The notes under the pieces: model-generated
The model's input: only the letters and a program-made list of their open reading frames with translations
Told to the model about the DNA's origin: nothing
Database searches by the model: none
Assembly (NCBI GenBank): GCA_034434255.1
Contig: DAOTZT010000109.1
Location: 1-50,445 of the forward strand
Direction of reading: 5' to 3'
Origin: Anaerolineales bacterium
GTDB taxonomy: Bacteria > Chloroflexota > Anaerolineae > Anaerolineales > Villigracilaceae
Length of the DNA: 50,445 nt
Shown: positions 1 through 7,200 of the stretch, piece by piece
How positions within the stretch are numbered: the first letter of the stretch is position 1
How the letters are laid out: every line of letters begins with the position of its first letter
Translations under genes and position numbers: made by a program

Positions 1-17
1 TAAACTCTACGCATTTT

Positions 18-95
18 GTCACTGCGAGCAAAGCGAAGCAGTCTCCTGGCTTGCAAGGAGATTGCTTCGTCGCAAAAAACGCTCCTCGCAATGAC
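18..95. repeat. Nested imperfect palindromic (REP/MITE-like) element
   Basis: Outer arms gtcactgcgagcaaagcg (18-35) vs cgctcctcgcaatgac (80-95). Inner arms aagcagtctcc (36-46) vs ggagattgctt (57-67) have 1 mismatch. Loop is 47-56. The only ORF across it is a spurious minus-strand one. Confidence 0.6.
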
Positions 96-198
96 AACTA
101 TACGAAAAGATGACATTGTCAAAATAGTTACGTACACAAGGGATTTCTGAAAGGCTCAATTGAAAATCTTGAATTTCAGCGTTCATTGTTTGAAAAAA

Positions 199-225
199 CT
201 TTGTGACCTTTGTGCCCTTTGTGGT
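199..225 (+). repeat. Tandem 9-mer CTTTGTGNY x3
   Basis: ctttgtgac/ctttgtgcc/ctttgtggt read directly. Related TTTGTG/CGTGTC motifs recur at 4441-4510. Confidence 0.6.
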
Positions 226-275
226 AAAAAAGGTTTTTGCAGTGAACTCATGGATATAACACAGCAGTTTTCGGG

Positions 276-304
276 TTGTGAATCGCAGCGAGAGCAACTA
301 CAAT
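276..304 (+). promoter_or_regulatory. sigma70-like promoter for the EamA gene
   Basis: TTGTGA (276-281), 17-nt spacer, TACAAT (299-304). SD AAGGA lies at 319-323 and the start codon at 330/336. Confidence 0.45.
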
Positions 305-329
305 CACGCTGCAACAATAAGGAAAAACC

Positions 330-1226
330 GTGCCAATGAAATTGCGCATCGCCATCGCCTTGCTGGCCGTGTACACGATTTGGGGGTCCACTTATCTCGC
401 CATCCGCTTTGCCGTGGAGAGCATCCCGCCCTTTCTCATGGCCGGGACGCGCTTCCTCATTCCCGGCCTGATCCTGGTTGCCTGGCGGCGCCTTGCCGGC
501 GACCCGCCCCCCACCCGCCGCCAGTGGCTCTCGGCGGCGATCATCGGCCTGCTGCTCCTGCTCGGCGGCAACGGGCTGGTCTCGTGGGCCGAACAGCGCG
601 TCGACTCGGGCATCGCGGCCCTGCTGGTCGGCACCACTCCCATCTGGCTGGTTTTGATTGATACCCTGTTTGCCAGCAGGCGCCGGCCGCGCTGGCAGGC
701 AATCCTCGGCCTGCTGACCGGTTTCGGGGGAATCGTCGTGCTGGTCGGACCGGGGAGCCTGTTCGCGGGTCCGGGAGGCTACGACCTGCCCGGAATCGGG
801 GCCGTGCTGCTGGCGGCATTCTTCTGGTCGCTGGGCTCCATCTACTCCCGCAAAGCCAACATGCCCGCCTCCCCTCTGCTGGGCACGGGCATGGAAATGC
901 TGGCCGGAAGCGCCGGGCTGTACCTCGTCAGCCTGGTGCTCGGCGAGTGGTGGACCTTCGACCTGGCAGATGTCTCCCTGCGCTCCGGGCTGGGACTGGT
1001 CTATCTCATCGTGGCTGGTTCCCTGGGCGGATTCGTGGCCTACACCTGGCTGCTGCGCAACGCCCCCGTTTCGCTGGTGGCCACCTACGCCTACGTCAAC
1101 CCGCTGGTGGCCATCCTGCTTGGCAACTGGCTGGCGCAAGAACCGCTGACTGCCCGCGTGCTGGTCGCGGCGGCAGTCATCATCGGATCAGTGGTGCTGA
1201 TCAATACGAAAAAGGTGGAAACTTGA
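330..1226 (+). CDS. EamA/DMT-family drug/metabolite transporter
   Basis: 298-aa polytopic membrane ORF with two EamA-like halves (STYLAIRFAV..., GSLGGFVAYTWLLRNAP). Starts at GTG 330 (ATG 336 is an alternative) behind SD AAGGA. Confidence 0.85.
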   Translation: MPMKLRIAIALLAVYTIWGSTYLAIRFAVESIPPFLMAGTRFLIPGLILVAWRRLAGDPPPTRRQWLSAAIIGLLLLLGGNGLVSWAEQRVDSGIAALLVGTTPIWLVLIDTLFASRRRPRWQAILGLLTGFGGIVVLVGPGSLFAGPGGYDLPGIGAVLLAAFFWSLGSIYSRKANMPASPLLGTGMEMLAGSAGLYLVSLVLGEWWTFDLADVSLRSGLGLVYLIVAGSLGGFVAYTWLLRNAPVSLVATYAYVNPLVAILLGNWLAQEPLTARVLVAAAVIIGSVVLINTKKVET

Positions 1227-1231
1227 AAACA

Positions 1232-1261
1232 GAAAGCGACTGACACCAACCAGTCGCTTTC
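1232..1261. terminator. Hairpin between convergent genes (possible bidirectional terminator)
   Basis: 11-bp stem gaaagcgactg (1232-1242) / cagtcgctttc (1251-1261) with an 8-nt loop. A T-rich run is present on the minus side only. Confidence 0.45.
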
Positions 1262-1282
1262 GTAATGCAAGAAACCATATCC

Positions 1283-1543
1283 CTAATCCAATGGGGCAAT
1301 TTTTGCCGGTCTTTCTTGCCTTGAAACCAATTCCCAATCACGCTGGAGTTCGTCCTTGTGCATGGACGCCCATTCGATCACCAGTCCCAATGCGCGTGAG
1401 GGTAGTTTACCGTGGAAGACAGCCAGGGTATTGATATTGATCCACGCCTCGTCATCACCATACATTGCGTGGAAATGAGGAGGATTGTGATCATCATAGA
1501 ACATACGAATAACGATCCCATAAAAACGGCTGATCTCAGGCAT
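1283..1543 (-). CDS. DUF4160 domain protein
   Basis: Begins MPEISRFYGIVIRMFYDDHNPPHFHA, the hallmark DUF4160 N-terminus. The internal ATG at 1543 was chosen over the ORF-track start at 1582. Overlaps the upstream DUF2442 gene by 8 nt. Confidence 0.8.
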   Translation of the reverse strand: MPEISRFYGIVIRMFYDDHNPPHFHAMYGDDEAWININTLAVFHGKLPSRALGLVIEWASMHKDELQRDWELVSRQERPAKIAPLD

Positions 1544-1832
1544 AAGCAGGGTCTTCTTTGCTGGCCGGAAACAGCGATTCAACGTTTTTGCCGGTCACTT
1601 TCAGGTACAGCGAATCAGCATCTATTTCGATTTCTCCCCCCCAGGAAAGCCATCTTCCATTCTCAACGGATACGTTCATAAAATTTTTCCGCTCGTTCCA
1701 AAGCGAAAAAACACCCCGTCCTGCCAGATGGGAGAGGTCAACAATGCCAACCACGCCATCGGCAAATTCGAGGCGGATCTTGTAGCCATCCAATGGTTCG
1801 GCTTTCTTAATGCGAGGTACGAACACAGACAT
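1536..1832 (-). CDS. DUF2442 domain protein
   Basis: Begins MSVFVPRIKKAEPLDGYKIRLEFADG..., which is DUF2442-like. ATG at 1832 is preceded by GAAAGGAG. The upstream part of the 135-aa ORF looks non-coding. Confidence 0.8.
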   Translation of the reverse strand: MSVFVPRIKKAEPLDGYKIRLEFADGVVGIVDLSHLAGRGVFSLWNERKNFMNVSVENGRWLSWGGEIEIDADSLYLKVTGKNVESLFPASKEDPAYA

Positions 1833-1860
1833 CTCCTTTCGTGTTTTGATTATACAACAA

Positions 1861-2565
1861 TCAAACTTTGAACGGATTAAAGTTCGTCTCCCGATCGTAG
1901 TAGTCTTCGTTCTCGGCGCGCTTGAGCGCCCGCACAACGGCATACGTGACCGGCGTCATCAGCACCTCGACACCCACCTTGAACAGGTAGTTGGTCAGGG
2001 TGAGAGTCAGGAACAGGGTCCAGGGAAAGACGCCAAAGAGCGAGGCGATGACCACAAAGACGAGGGTATCCACCAGTTCGCCGACGAGCGTGGAGCCGAT
2101 GGTCCGCGTCCACAGCCAGCGGCCATGGGTGAGCAGTTTCATCTTCGCCAGGGTGAACGAGTTGGTAAATTCTCCCGACCAATACCCCAGCAGGCTGGCC
2201 AGCACGATCCCGCCGCTGGACATGCCGCCCAGGATGGCCAGGTAGGCGGCATCGCCGGCATATTGCTGCCATTGGGCCTCGCCCGGCAAGACCCGCACCA
2301 GGGCAAAGACGCCCGCTGCAAGCGCCAGGCAGAAAAATCCGGCCCAGATGACGCGGCGGGAATTTTTATAGCCATAGACCTCGGTCAGAATATCGCCAAA
2401 AATATAACTGACCGGAAAGAGCAGCGTGCCCGCGTCGAAGGCCATCGGCACACCGAAGAGGGAAAATCCCCAATCCACAATTTTGGCTGAGGAAGCAATG
2501 TTGCTGACAATCAAGACCGTAATGAAAACGGCCATGATCAGGTCAAGATAACGGTACTGTTTCAC
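1861..2565 (-). CDS. yhhQ: Queuosine-precursor (preQ0/preQ1) transporter, YhhQ/Vut (DUF165) family
   Basis: 234-aa polytopic protein with motifs VSNIASSAKIV, FPVSYIFGDILTEVYGY and GELVDTLVF. Its GTG start overlaps the upstream stop (GTGA at 2562-2565). Confidence 0.85.
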   Translation of the reverse strand: MKQYRYLDLIMAVFITVLIVSNIASSAKIVDWGFSLFGVPMAFDAGTLLFPVSYIFGDILTEVYGYKNSRRVIWAGFFCLALAAGVFALVRVLPGEAQWQQYAGDAAYLAILGGMSSGGIVLASLLGYWSGEFTNSFTLAKMKLLTHGRWLWTRTIGSTLVGELVDTLVFVVIASLFGVFPWTLFLTLTLTNYLFKVGVEVLMTPVTYAVVRALKRAENEDYYDRETNFNPFKV

Positions 2566-3284
2566 AATCCCAACTCCACGATCAAAATTTCATCGGTCCC
2601 GTGAGGGGACTCGGCCAGCAGTGTCCCAGCGGCAGTCACAGCCAGCGCGCCGCCAAAAGCCGGGGCGTCTGTTTGCTCCTCCAGGGCATTGACGATGAGG
2701 GCAGGGATGCGGCTCTGGCGCACAGCCTCCAGATACGCTGCCCGTTCTTCCCTTTCCCAACGCGCCGGGTCGGGCGAGCGGCCATCGAAACTGCGCGACA
2801 TAGGAATCAAGAGCAAGTCAGGAGGCGGGTTGAATGCGGCAACAGCCTGTTGGTTGAACAAGTCTCCGCAAATCAAAATACCCACCCGTCCAAAGGGAGT
2901 TTCCACGCTGTGGCTTTCTGCCCCACAGAAAAAGGGGGGATGTTCCTCTCTCTTACGATGCCGGAGGAGAACATTGCCGCTGGGGCCAAAAAGCAGAGCG
3001 GCATTATATACGCCAGCGGCGGTTTTTTCCAGCAGACCGGCGCAAAGATAGATGCCAAAGCGCCGCGCCAGGCCGCTAAAGCGCCTTACCGTGGGACCAG
3101 ACAGGGGTTCAGCCCAACGGTCGAGGTCGGCCTGCTCGTAGAGGTAACCGGTGAGGGTGCACTCCGGCAGGCAGACAAGGTCTGGGGCATGCGCCGCGGC
3201 CTGTTCCAGGCGCCGCTCCAGTTCTGCAAAGTTCATTTCCACCTGACCGGGAAGCGTCCGCAGGGGAATGAGACAGGCGCGCAT
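2562..3284 (-). CDS. Carbon-nitrogen hydrolase (nitrilase superfamily) protein
   Basis: Glu-Lys-Cys triad contexts are visible: CLPECTLTGY, LRHRKRE and GILICGDLF. Starts 2 nt after the ttuA-like stop. Confidence 0.8.
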   Translation of the reverse strand: MRACLIPLRTLPGQVEMNFAELERRLEQAAAHAPDLVCLPECTLTGYLYEQADLDRWAEPLSGPTVRRFSGLARRFGIYLCAGLLEKTAAGVYNAALLFGPSGNVLLRHRKREEHPPFFCGAESHSVETPFGRVGILICGDLFNQQAVAAFNPPPDLLLIPMSRSFDGRSPDPARWEREERAAYLEAVRQSRIPALIVNALEEQTDAPAFGGALAVTAAGTLLAESPHGTDEILIVELGL

Positions 3285-3286
3285 GC

Positions 3287-4216
3287 TTATTCACCGTCCT
3301 CTGCCCTGGTCACCATCCGGCAATAGGAACACAACCCGGGAGCCAAGGTCGGCTGACCGCAACGGGGGCAGGGGTGCAACGCCGCTTCTGGCCGCGCCTC
3401 CGCGCCGAACAATCCTTGTTGACGGGCCTCAAGGAATTGCAGGTAAAACGTCAGTTTCGCTCCTGGTTGATCGTGTTCCAGTTGATTGAGCAATTCCTTG
3501 TAGCGAATGGATGAAGCGCCGACCGCATAGGGGCATTCTTCGTAAATGTACTCAATGCCACGCAAGAGGGCATAGGCAGTCATTTCGCGCTCATAAAAGC
3601 GGCATAGCGGCTTGACCTTGCGCGCCAGGCCCGAGGTCTCGCGCAGCACCGGCCCCTGCCGCCGCAAGTAGTCCAGCGCCCAGTGGAGAGTATTGCCAAA
3701 GAGCACCGCCGCCTCGTCATCCAGGTTGTGACCGGTCGCCAGCACTTCGTAGCCCAGGTCGCGGGCAATGCGGTTCATTTCATGCCGTTTGACCATGCCA
3801 CAGACGGCACACGGTTTCTGTTGGCCGCGCAGGGTTGTCTCGGCCCACTGCGGGATGGTCTTGCCGGTCTCCGCCTGCACGTCCACCACGTGGAGGGTCA
3901 GGCCGCGCTCGGCAGCGAATTTCTCGGCCAGCCGCTGCGACTCGGCAGAATAGCGCACACCGCCGTCAATGCCGAGGGCGATGTAAAGGCCATCGGCCTG
4001 ATAGCCGAGGCGGCAGAGAATGTCCCACAGCGAAAGAGAATCCTTGCCACCCGAAACAGCCACCAGGACTCTCTCCTGGTGGGTGAACATGGCATATTTT
4101 TTGATGAAACGCTCGGTCTGCTCCGGCACCCATTCGAGGAAATGCTCCCGACACAGGCCGAGGTGATGCTGCGGCATGTTGACTGCCGCTTTTTGACCAC
4201 ACTTCTTACATTTCAT
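3287..4216 (-). CDS. ttuA: PP-loop tRNA 2-thiolation protein, TtuA/NcsA family
   Basis: N-terminal zinc-finger-type motif CKKCG...C..H, PP-loop SGGKDS, cluster cysteines PCAVCG and PLC, and C-terminal CPRCG...CSYC. Confidence 0.8.
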   Translation of the reverse strand: MKCKKCGQKAAVNMPQHHLGLCREHFLEWVPEQTERFIKKYAMFTHQERVLVAVSGGKDSLSLWDILCRLGYQADGLYIALGIDGGVRYSAESQRLAEKFAAERGLTLHVVDVQAETGKTIPQWAETTLRGQQKPCAVCGMVKRHEMNRIARDLGYEVLATGHNLDDEAAVLFGNTLHWALDYLRRQGPVLRETSGLARKVKPLCRFYEREMTAYALLRGIEYIYEECPYAVGASSIRYKELLNQLEHDQPGAKLTFYLQFLEARQQGLFGAEARPEAALHPCPRCGQPTLAPGLCSYCRMVTRAEDGE

Positions 4217-4217
4217 C

Positions 4218-4409
4218 TCAACCGCCTGAAATCACAGCCACGAGTTTGACCACGTCACCATCTTGAAGAATCTCATCCTCGGTGATGACTTCGCCGTTGC
4301 GCGTGGCAATGATCGTCTCGGGCAAGATATTCACTTTTTTGAGCGCATCCACCAGGGCCATGCCCGGACGGACTTCGAATTCCTGTTGACGCAAAATGAG
4401 TTTCACCAT
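4218..4409 (-). CDS. ThiS/MoaD-family ubiquitin-like sulfur carrier (TtuB-like), C-terminal GG
   Basis: 63 aa ending VAVISGG. ATG at 4409 lies 7 nt after GGAG; the ORF-track GTG at 4421 is less likely. Ends 1 nt before the ttuA-like gene. Confidence 0.75.
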   Translation of the reverse strand: MVKLILRQQEFEVRPGMALVDALKKVNILPETIIATRNGEVITEDEILQDGDVVKLVAVISGG

Positions 4410-4420
4410 TAATGACTCCA

Positions 4421-4529
4421 CTGCAAAAACCCTGAAGTTTCACCACGAAGACACGGAGTCACAAAGTTTCCTTTCATTTACTTACTCGTGTCTCCGTGTC
4501 TTTGTGGTTCGATTTTCACCTTTTTGCAG
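4421..4529. repeat. About 109-bp imperfect palindrome built from CGTGTCTYYGTGG-type motifs
   Basis: Left arm ctgcaaaaaccctgaagtttcaccacgaagacacggagtcacaaag matches the reverse complement of the right arm, ctgcaaaaaggtgaaaatcgaaccacaaagacacggagacacgag. The centre is tttcctttcatttacttact. Confidence 0.65.
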
Positions 4530-4537
4530 GAGACTCA

Positions 4538-6097
4538 TTAATGCTTCTCCTGTGTTGGTAAATAGGGCATGGCCGGCCCCTCTACTCCGAGCAATTCGGC
4601 CAGGGCAGCGCGCATGGCAATCCGGTCATCCCAGGGATACTCAATCTCGCCAAAACACATGGATTGTTCGTGCCCCTTGCCGCAGGCGAGGACGATGTCA
4701 CCGGGAGCGGCCAGGCGGACCCCCAGCCGGATGGCCTCGCCCCGGTCGGGGACGCGGAAAAAGGTCTCCCCCTCTCGTCCGCCGCGCGAGCGGGCGCCGG
4801 CGGCCATTTCTTCGAGAATGGCGTCGAGCGATTCGGTACGCGGGTCCTCGGCGGTCAAGATCGAGACATCCGCCAGTTCCGCAGAGACCTCGGCCATCAT
4901 GCGGCGCTTCTCCTTGTCGCGCAAGCCCGCTGAGCCAAAAATAGCGATGACGCGCCGGTCGGTCATCTTCCTGGCCGTCTCAATGGCTACCCGCAACGCA
5001 TTCGGCGTGTGGGCAAAGTCCACGATGGCGGTGAAAGGCTGACCGAGGTCAATGCGTTCCATGCGGCCCGGCACGCCCTTCAGGGCGGCGATGCCGCGGG
5101 CGGCAATCTGCGGGTCCACGCCCAGGCCGTGCACCGCCGCCGTCAGCGCCGCCAGGCAGTTCGACACGTTATACGCCCCCACCAGCGGACTGGTCACCGG
5201 CACGCGGAAATCCGCTCCAACCGCCTCGAAGCGGATGCCGGCGGGGGAATAATCAATGGCTTCGGCGCGCACGTCGGCAGTTCCCCCCAGCCCATAGCAA
5301 ACCGCAGACACAGGAGGCTGGACAATGGAGGCCAGGTAATCGTAGGAACGATCGTCGCGGTTGAGCACGGCCAGGCGCGGGTTGCCCTGCGGCTTGGGGT
5401 CGGTGCGGGCAAGCAACTGGAACAGGCGCCCTTTGGCAGCGCGATAATTCTCGTAGGATCCGTGCTGGTCAAGGTGCTCGTGGGTGATGTTGGTCACGAC
5501 GCCGATGTCGTACTGCGAAGCGTCCACGCGGTGCTGGGCCAGGCCATGCGAGGTGGTTTCGAGAATAACGTGCGTCAGCCCGGCGGCGACCATGCGGGAC
5601 AGGTAAAACTGCACATCGGGGGCGTCCGGCGTGGTGACGTGGAAACCGGTATCCAGCACTTCGTCGCCGATGACAGCGTTGACCGTGGAGATGAGGCCGA
5701 CGCGGATGCCCGCCGCCAGCAAAATCTGATAGAGCAAATTGCAGGTGGTCGTCTTGCCGTCGGTGCCGGTGACGCCGATGACGGTCAACTTGCGCCCCGG
5801 CCAGTCATAGAAGGCCGCCGCCAGCCAGGTGACAGCCTCGACCGAATTTTCGACGCGCACATACGGGACGGGCAGACCGGAAAGGTCCTGCTCGCCGACC
5901 ACCGCCGCCGCGCCGCGCTCGATGGCAGCGGGGATGAAACGATGTCCATCCACCGAGCCGCCGCGCCGGGCGATGAAGAGATTCCCCGGCTGCACCCGGC
6001 GGCTGTCTATGGCAATGCCGGTAATGGGCACGTCGGGAAGTTGCGCCGGGCGGCCAAAGGGAAAATCAACGAACAGTTGCGCCAATGTTTTGCTCAT
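4538..6097 (-). CDS. murE: UDP-N-acetylmuramoyl-L-alanyl-D-glutamate--2,6-diaminopimelate ligase
   Basis: 519 aa with a Mur ligase P-loop GVTGTDGKTTT, and the DNPR-like context NRDD...; MurE-type throughout. Confidence 0.92.
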   Translation of the reverse strand: MSKTLAQLFVDFPFGRPAQLPDVPITGIAIDSRRVQPGNLFIARRGGSVDGHRFIPAAIERGAAAVVGEQDLSGLPVPYVRVENSVEAVTWLAAAFYDWPGRKLTVIGVTGTDGKTTTCNLLYQILLAAGIRVGLISTVNAVIGDEVLDTGFHVTTPDAPDVQFYLSRMVAAGLTHVILETTSHGLAQHRVDASQYDIGVVTNITHEHLDQHGSYENYRAAKGRLFQLLARTDPKPQGNPRLAVLNRDDRSYDYLASIVQPPVSAVCYGLGGTADVRAEAIDYSPAGIRFEAVGADFRVPVTSPLVGAYNVSNCLAALTAAVHGLGVDPQIAARGIAALKGVPGRMERIDLGQPFTAIVDFAHTPNALRVAIETARKMTDRRVIAIFGSAGLRDKEKRRMMAEVSAELADVSILTAEDPRTESLDAILEEMAAGARSRGGREGETFFRVPDRGEAIRLGVRLAAPGDIVLACGKGHEQSMCFGEIEYPWDDRIAMRAALAELLGVEGPAMPYLPTQEKH

Positions 6098-6112
6098 CTG
6101 TACCTGTGCACC

Positions 6113-6155
6113 TGAAACAAAAAGAGGGTTTTGGCAATTGTACCAAAACCCTCTT
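6113..6155 (-). terminator. Rho-independent terminator after atpF
   Basis: 13-bp stem aagagggttttgg (6122-6134) / ccaaaaccctctt (6143-6155). On the minus strand it is followed by TTTTGTTTC. Confidence 0.7.
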
Positions 6156-6172
6156 CCTTACTCCAAAAAATT

Positions 6173-6907
6173 TTATTTCAGCGACTGGCGCAAGCCTTCC
6201 AGTTGAGCGGCAACCGAGCCATCCAGCACCTTGTCGCCGACCTTGATGACCAGCCCGCCCAGGATAGACGGATCGACGCGGAAGGCCACTGCCTGCGCGC
6301 CGACTTTCGCCAGAATCTCTTTCTTGACGACGGCTTCTTCTTCGCTGGTCAACGGCAGAGCCGAAATCACCTCGGCAGAAGCACCTTTGACATCGGCTTC
6401 TTCCAGCACCACCACCTTGCCAGATTTGACGCCAGAGAAGAACTCGTTGATCAGCGCGTGCTGGCGCTTTTCATCGAGCGCCTCGCCGACCAGTTTCTGC
6501 GCTGCGGCAATCGCCAGAGCAGCAACCTGACCGCGCAGGTCGCTCAACATGCGGTTGCGCTCGGCTTCGGCTTCTGCCAGAGCGTTCTCACGCGCTTTGG
6601 CAATTTCGACCTCGGCCGCGGCGCGCACCTCTTTCGCAGCGGCTTCGGCACGCTCGGTCGCTTCGCGAACGGTCTGAGCGGCTTTGGCCTGCGCCTCAGC
6701 GATGATTTTGGCAGCCTCTTTTTCCGCATTGGCGCGCGCATCAGCGGCCACGCGGGCATCTTCCATGCCCTGGGCGATCTTCTCGCGGCGCTTTTCCAGA
6801 CTGCGGACAATCGGCTTATACGCCCAGGCGTAGAGCAGAATCGCCATCACGGCAAAGTTGAACACCTGGAAGAGGAAGAACCCCAGATTAATGCCAAGTT
6901 TATCCAT
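6173..6907 (-). CDS. atpF: F0F1 ATP synthase subunit b fused to a delta(OSCP)-like C-terminal domain
   Basis: N-terminal TM helix plus a long Ala/Glu/Lys helix typical of subunit b. The C-terminal ~90 aa (AEVISALPLTSEE...VDPSILGGLVIKVGDKVLDGSVAAQLEGLRQSL) resembles the delta C-terminus. Confidence 0.85.
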   Translation of the reverse strand: MDKLGINLGFFLFQVFNFAVMAILLYAWAYKPIVRSLEKRREKIAQGMEDARVAADARANAEKEAAKIIAEAQAKAAQTVREATERAEAAAKEVRAAAEVEIAKARENALAEAEAERNRMLSDLRGQVAALAIAAAQKLVGEALDEKRQHALINEFFSGVKSGKVVVLEEADVKGASAEVISALPLTSEEEAVVKKEILAKVGAQAVAFRVDPSILGGLVIKVGDKVLDGSVAAQLEGLRQSLK

Positions 6908-6925
6908 CGGGTCTCCTTCCCGGCA

Positions 6926-7168
6926 TTAGCCGACGAAGATGATGATGAGGGCCACGGCCAGGGCGTAAATGGCGACCGCTTCGGCAAAGGCCATACCCAG
7001 GATCATGTTGGTCTGGATGATGGGGGCCGCGTCGGGGTTGCGACCCATGGCCTGCACGCCGCCCGAAGCGGCGATACCCACGCCCGCGCCGGCGCCGATG
7101 GCGCCCAACATGGCAATGCCCGCACCCAGAAGTTTCAGCCCTTGAACAAAAAATTCATTGAATTCCAT
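6926..7168 (-). CDS. atpE: F0F1 ATP synthase subunit c
   Basis: 80-aa hairpin proteolipid with a GAGIAMLGAIGAGAGVG glycine zipper and the carboxylate in MAFAEAVAIYAL. Confidence 0.92.
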   Translation of the reverse strand: MEFNEFFVQGLKLLGAGIAMLGAIGAGAGVGIAASGGVQAMGRNPDAAPIIQTNMILGMAFAEAVAIYALAVALIIIFVG

Positions 7169-7200
7169 GGTTCTCTCCTTGATGTAGGATGTGATTTTCG

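Noticed and set aside
19-297. 92-aa minus-strand ORF at the window start.
   Set aside because: It is the translation of the palindromic element and the 9-mer repeats (…TKGTKVTKF…, …CHCEERFLRRSNLLASQETASL…). It has no start context and is most likely non-coding repeat DNA.
1536-1943. The full 135-aa version of the DUF2442 ORF and the 99-aa version of the DUF4160 ORF.
   Set aside because: The N-terminal extensions are Arg/Ser/Thr-rich and overlap the yhhQ 3' end or the partner gene. Internal ATGs with an SD (1832) or the family-typical N-terminus (1543) fit better.
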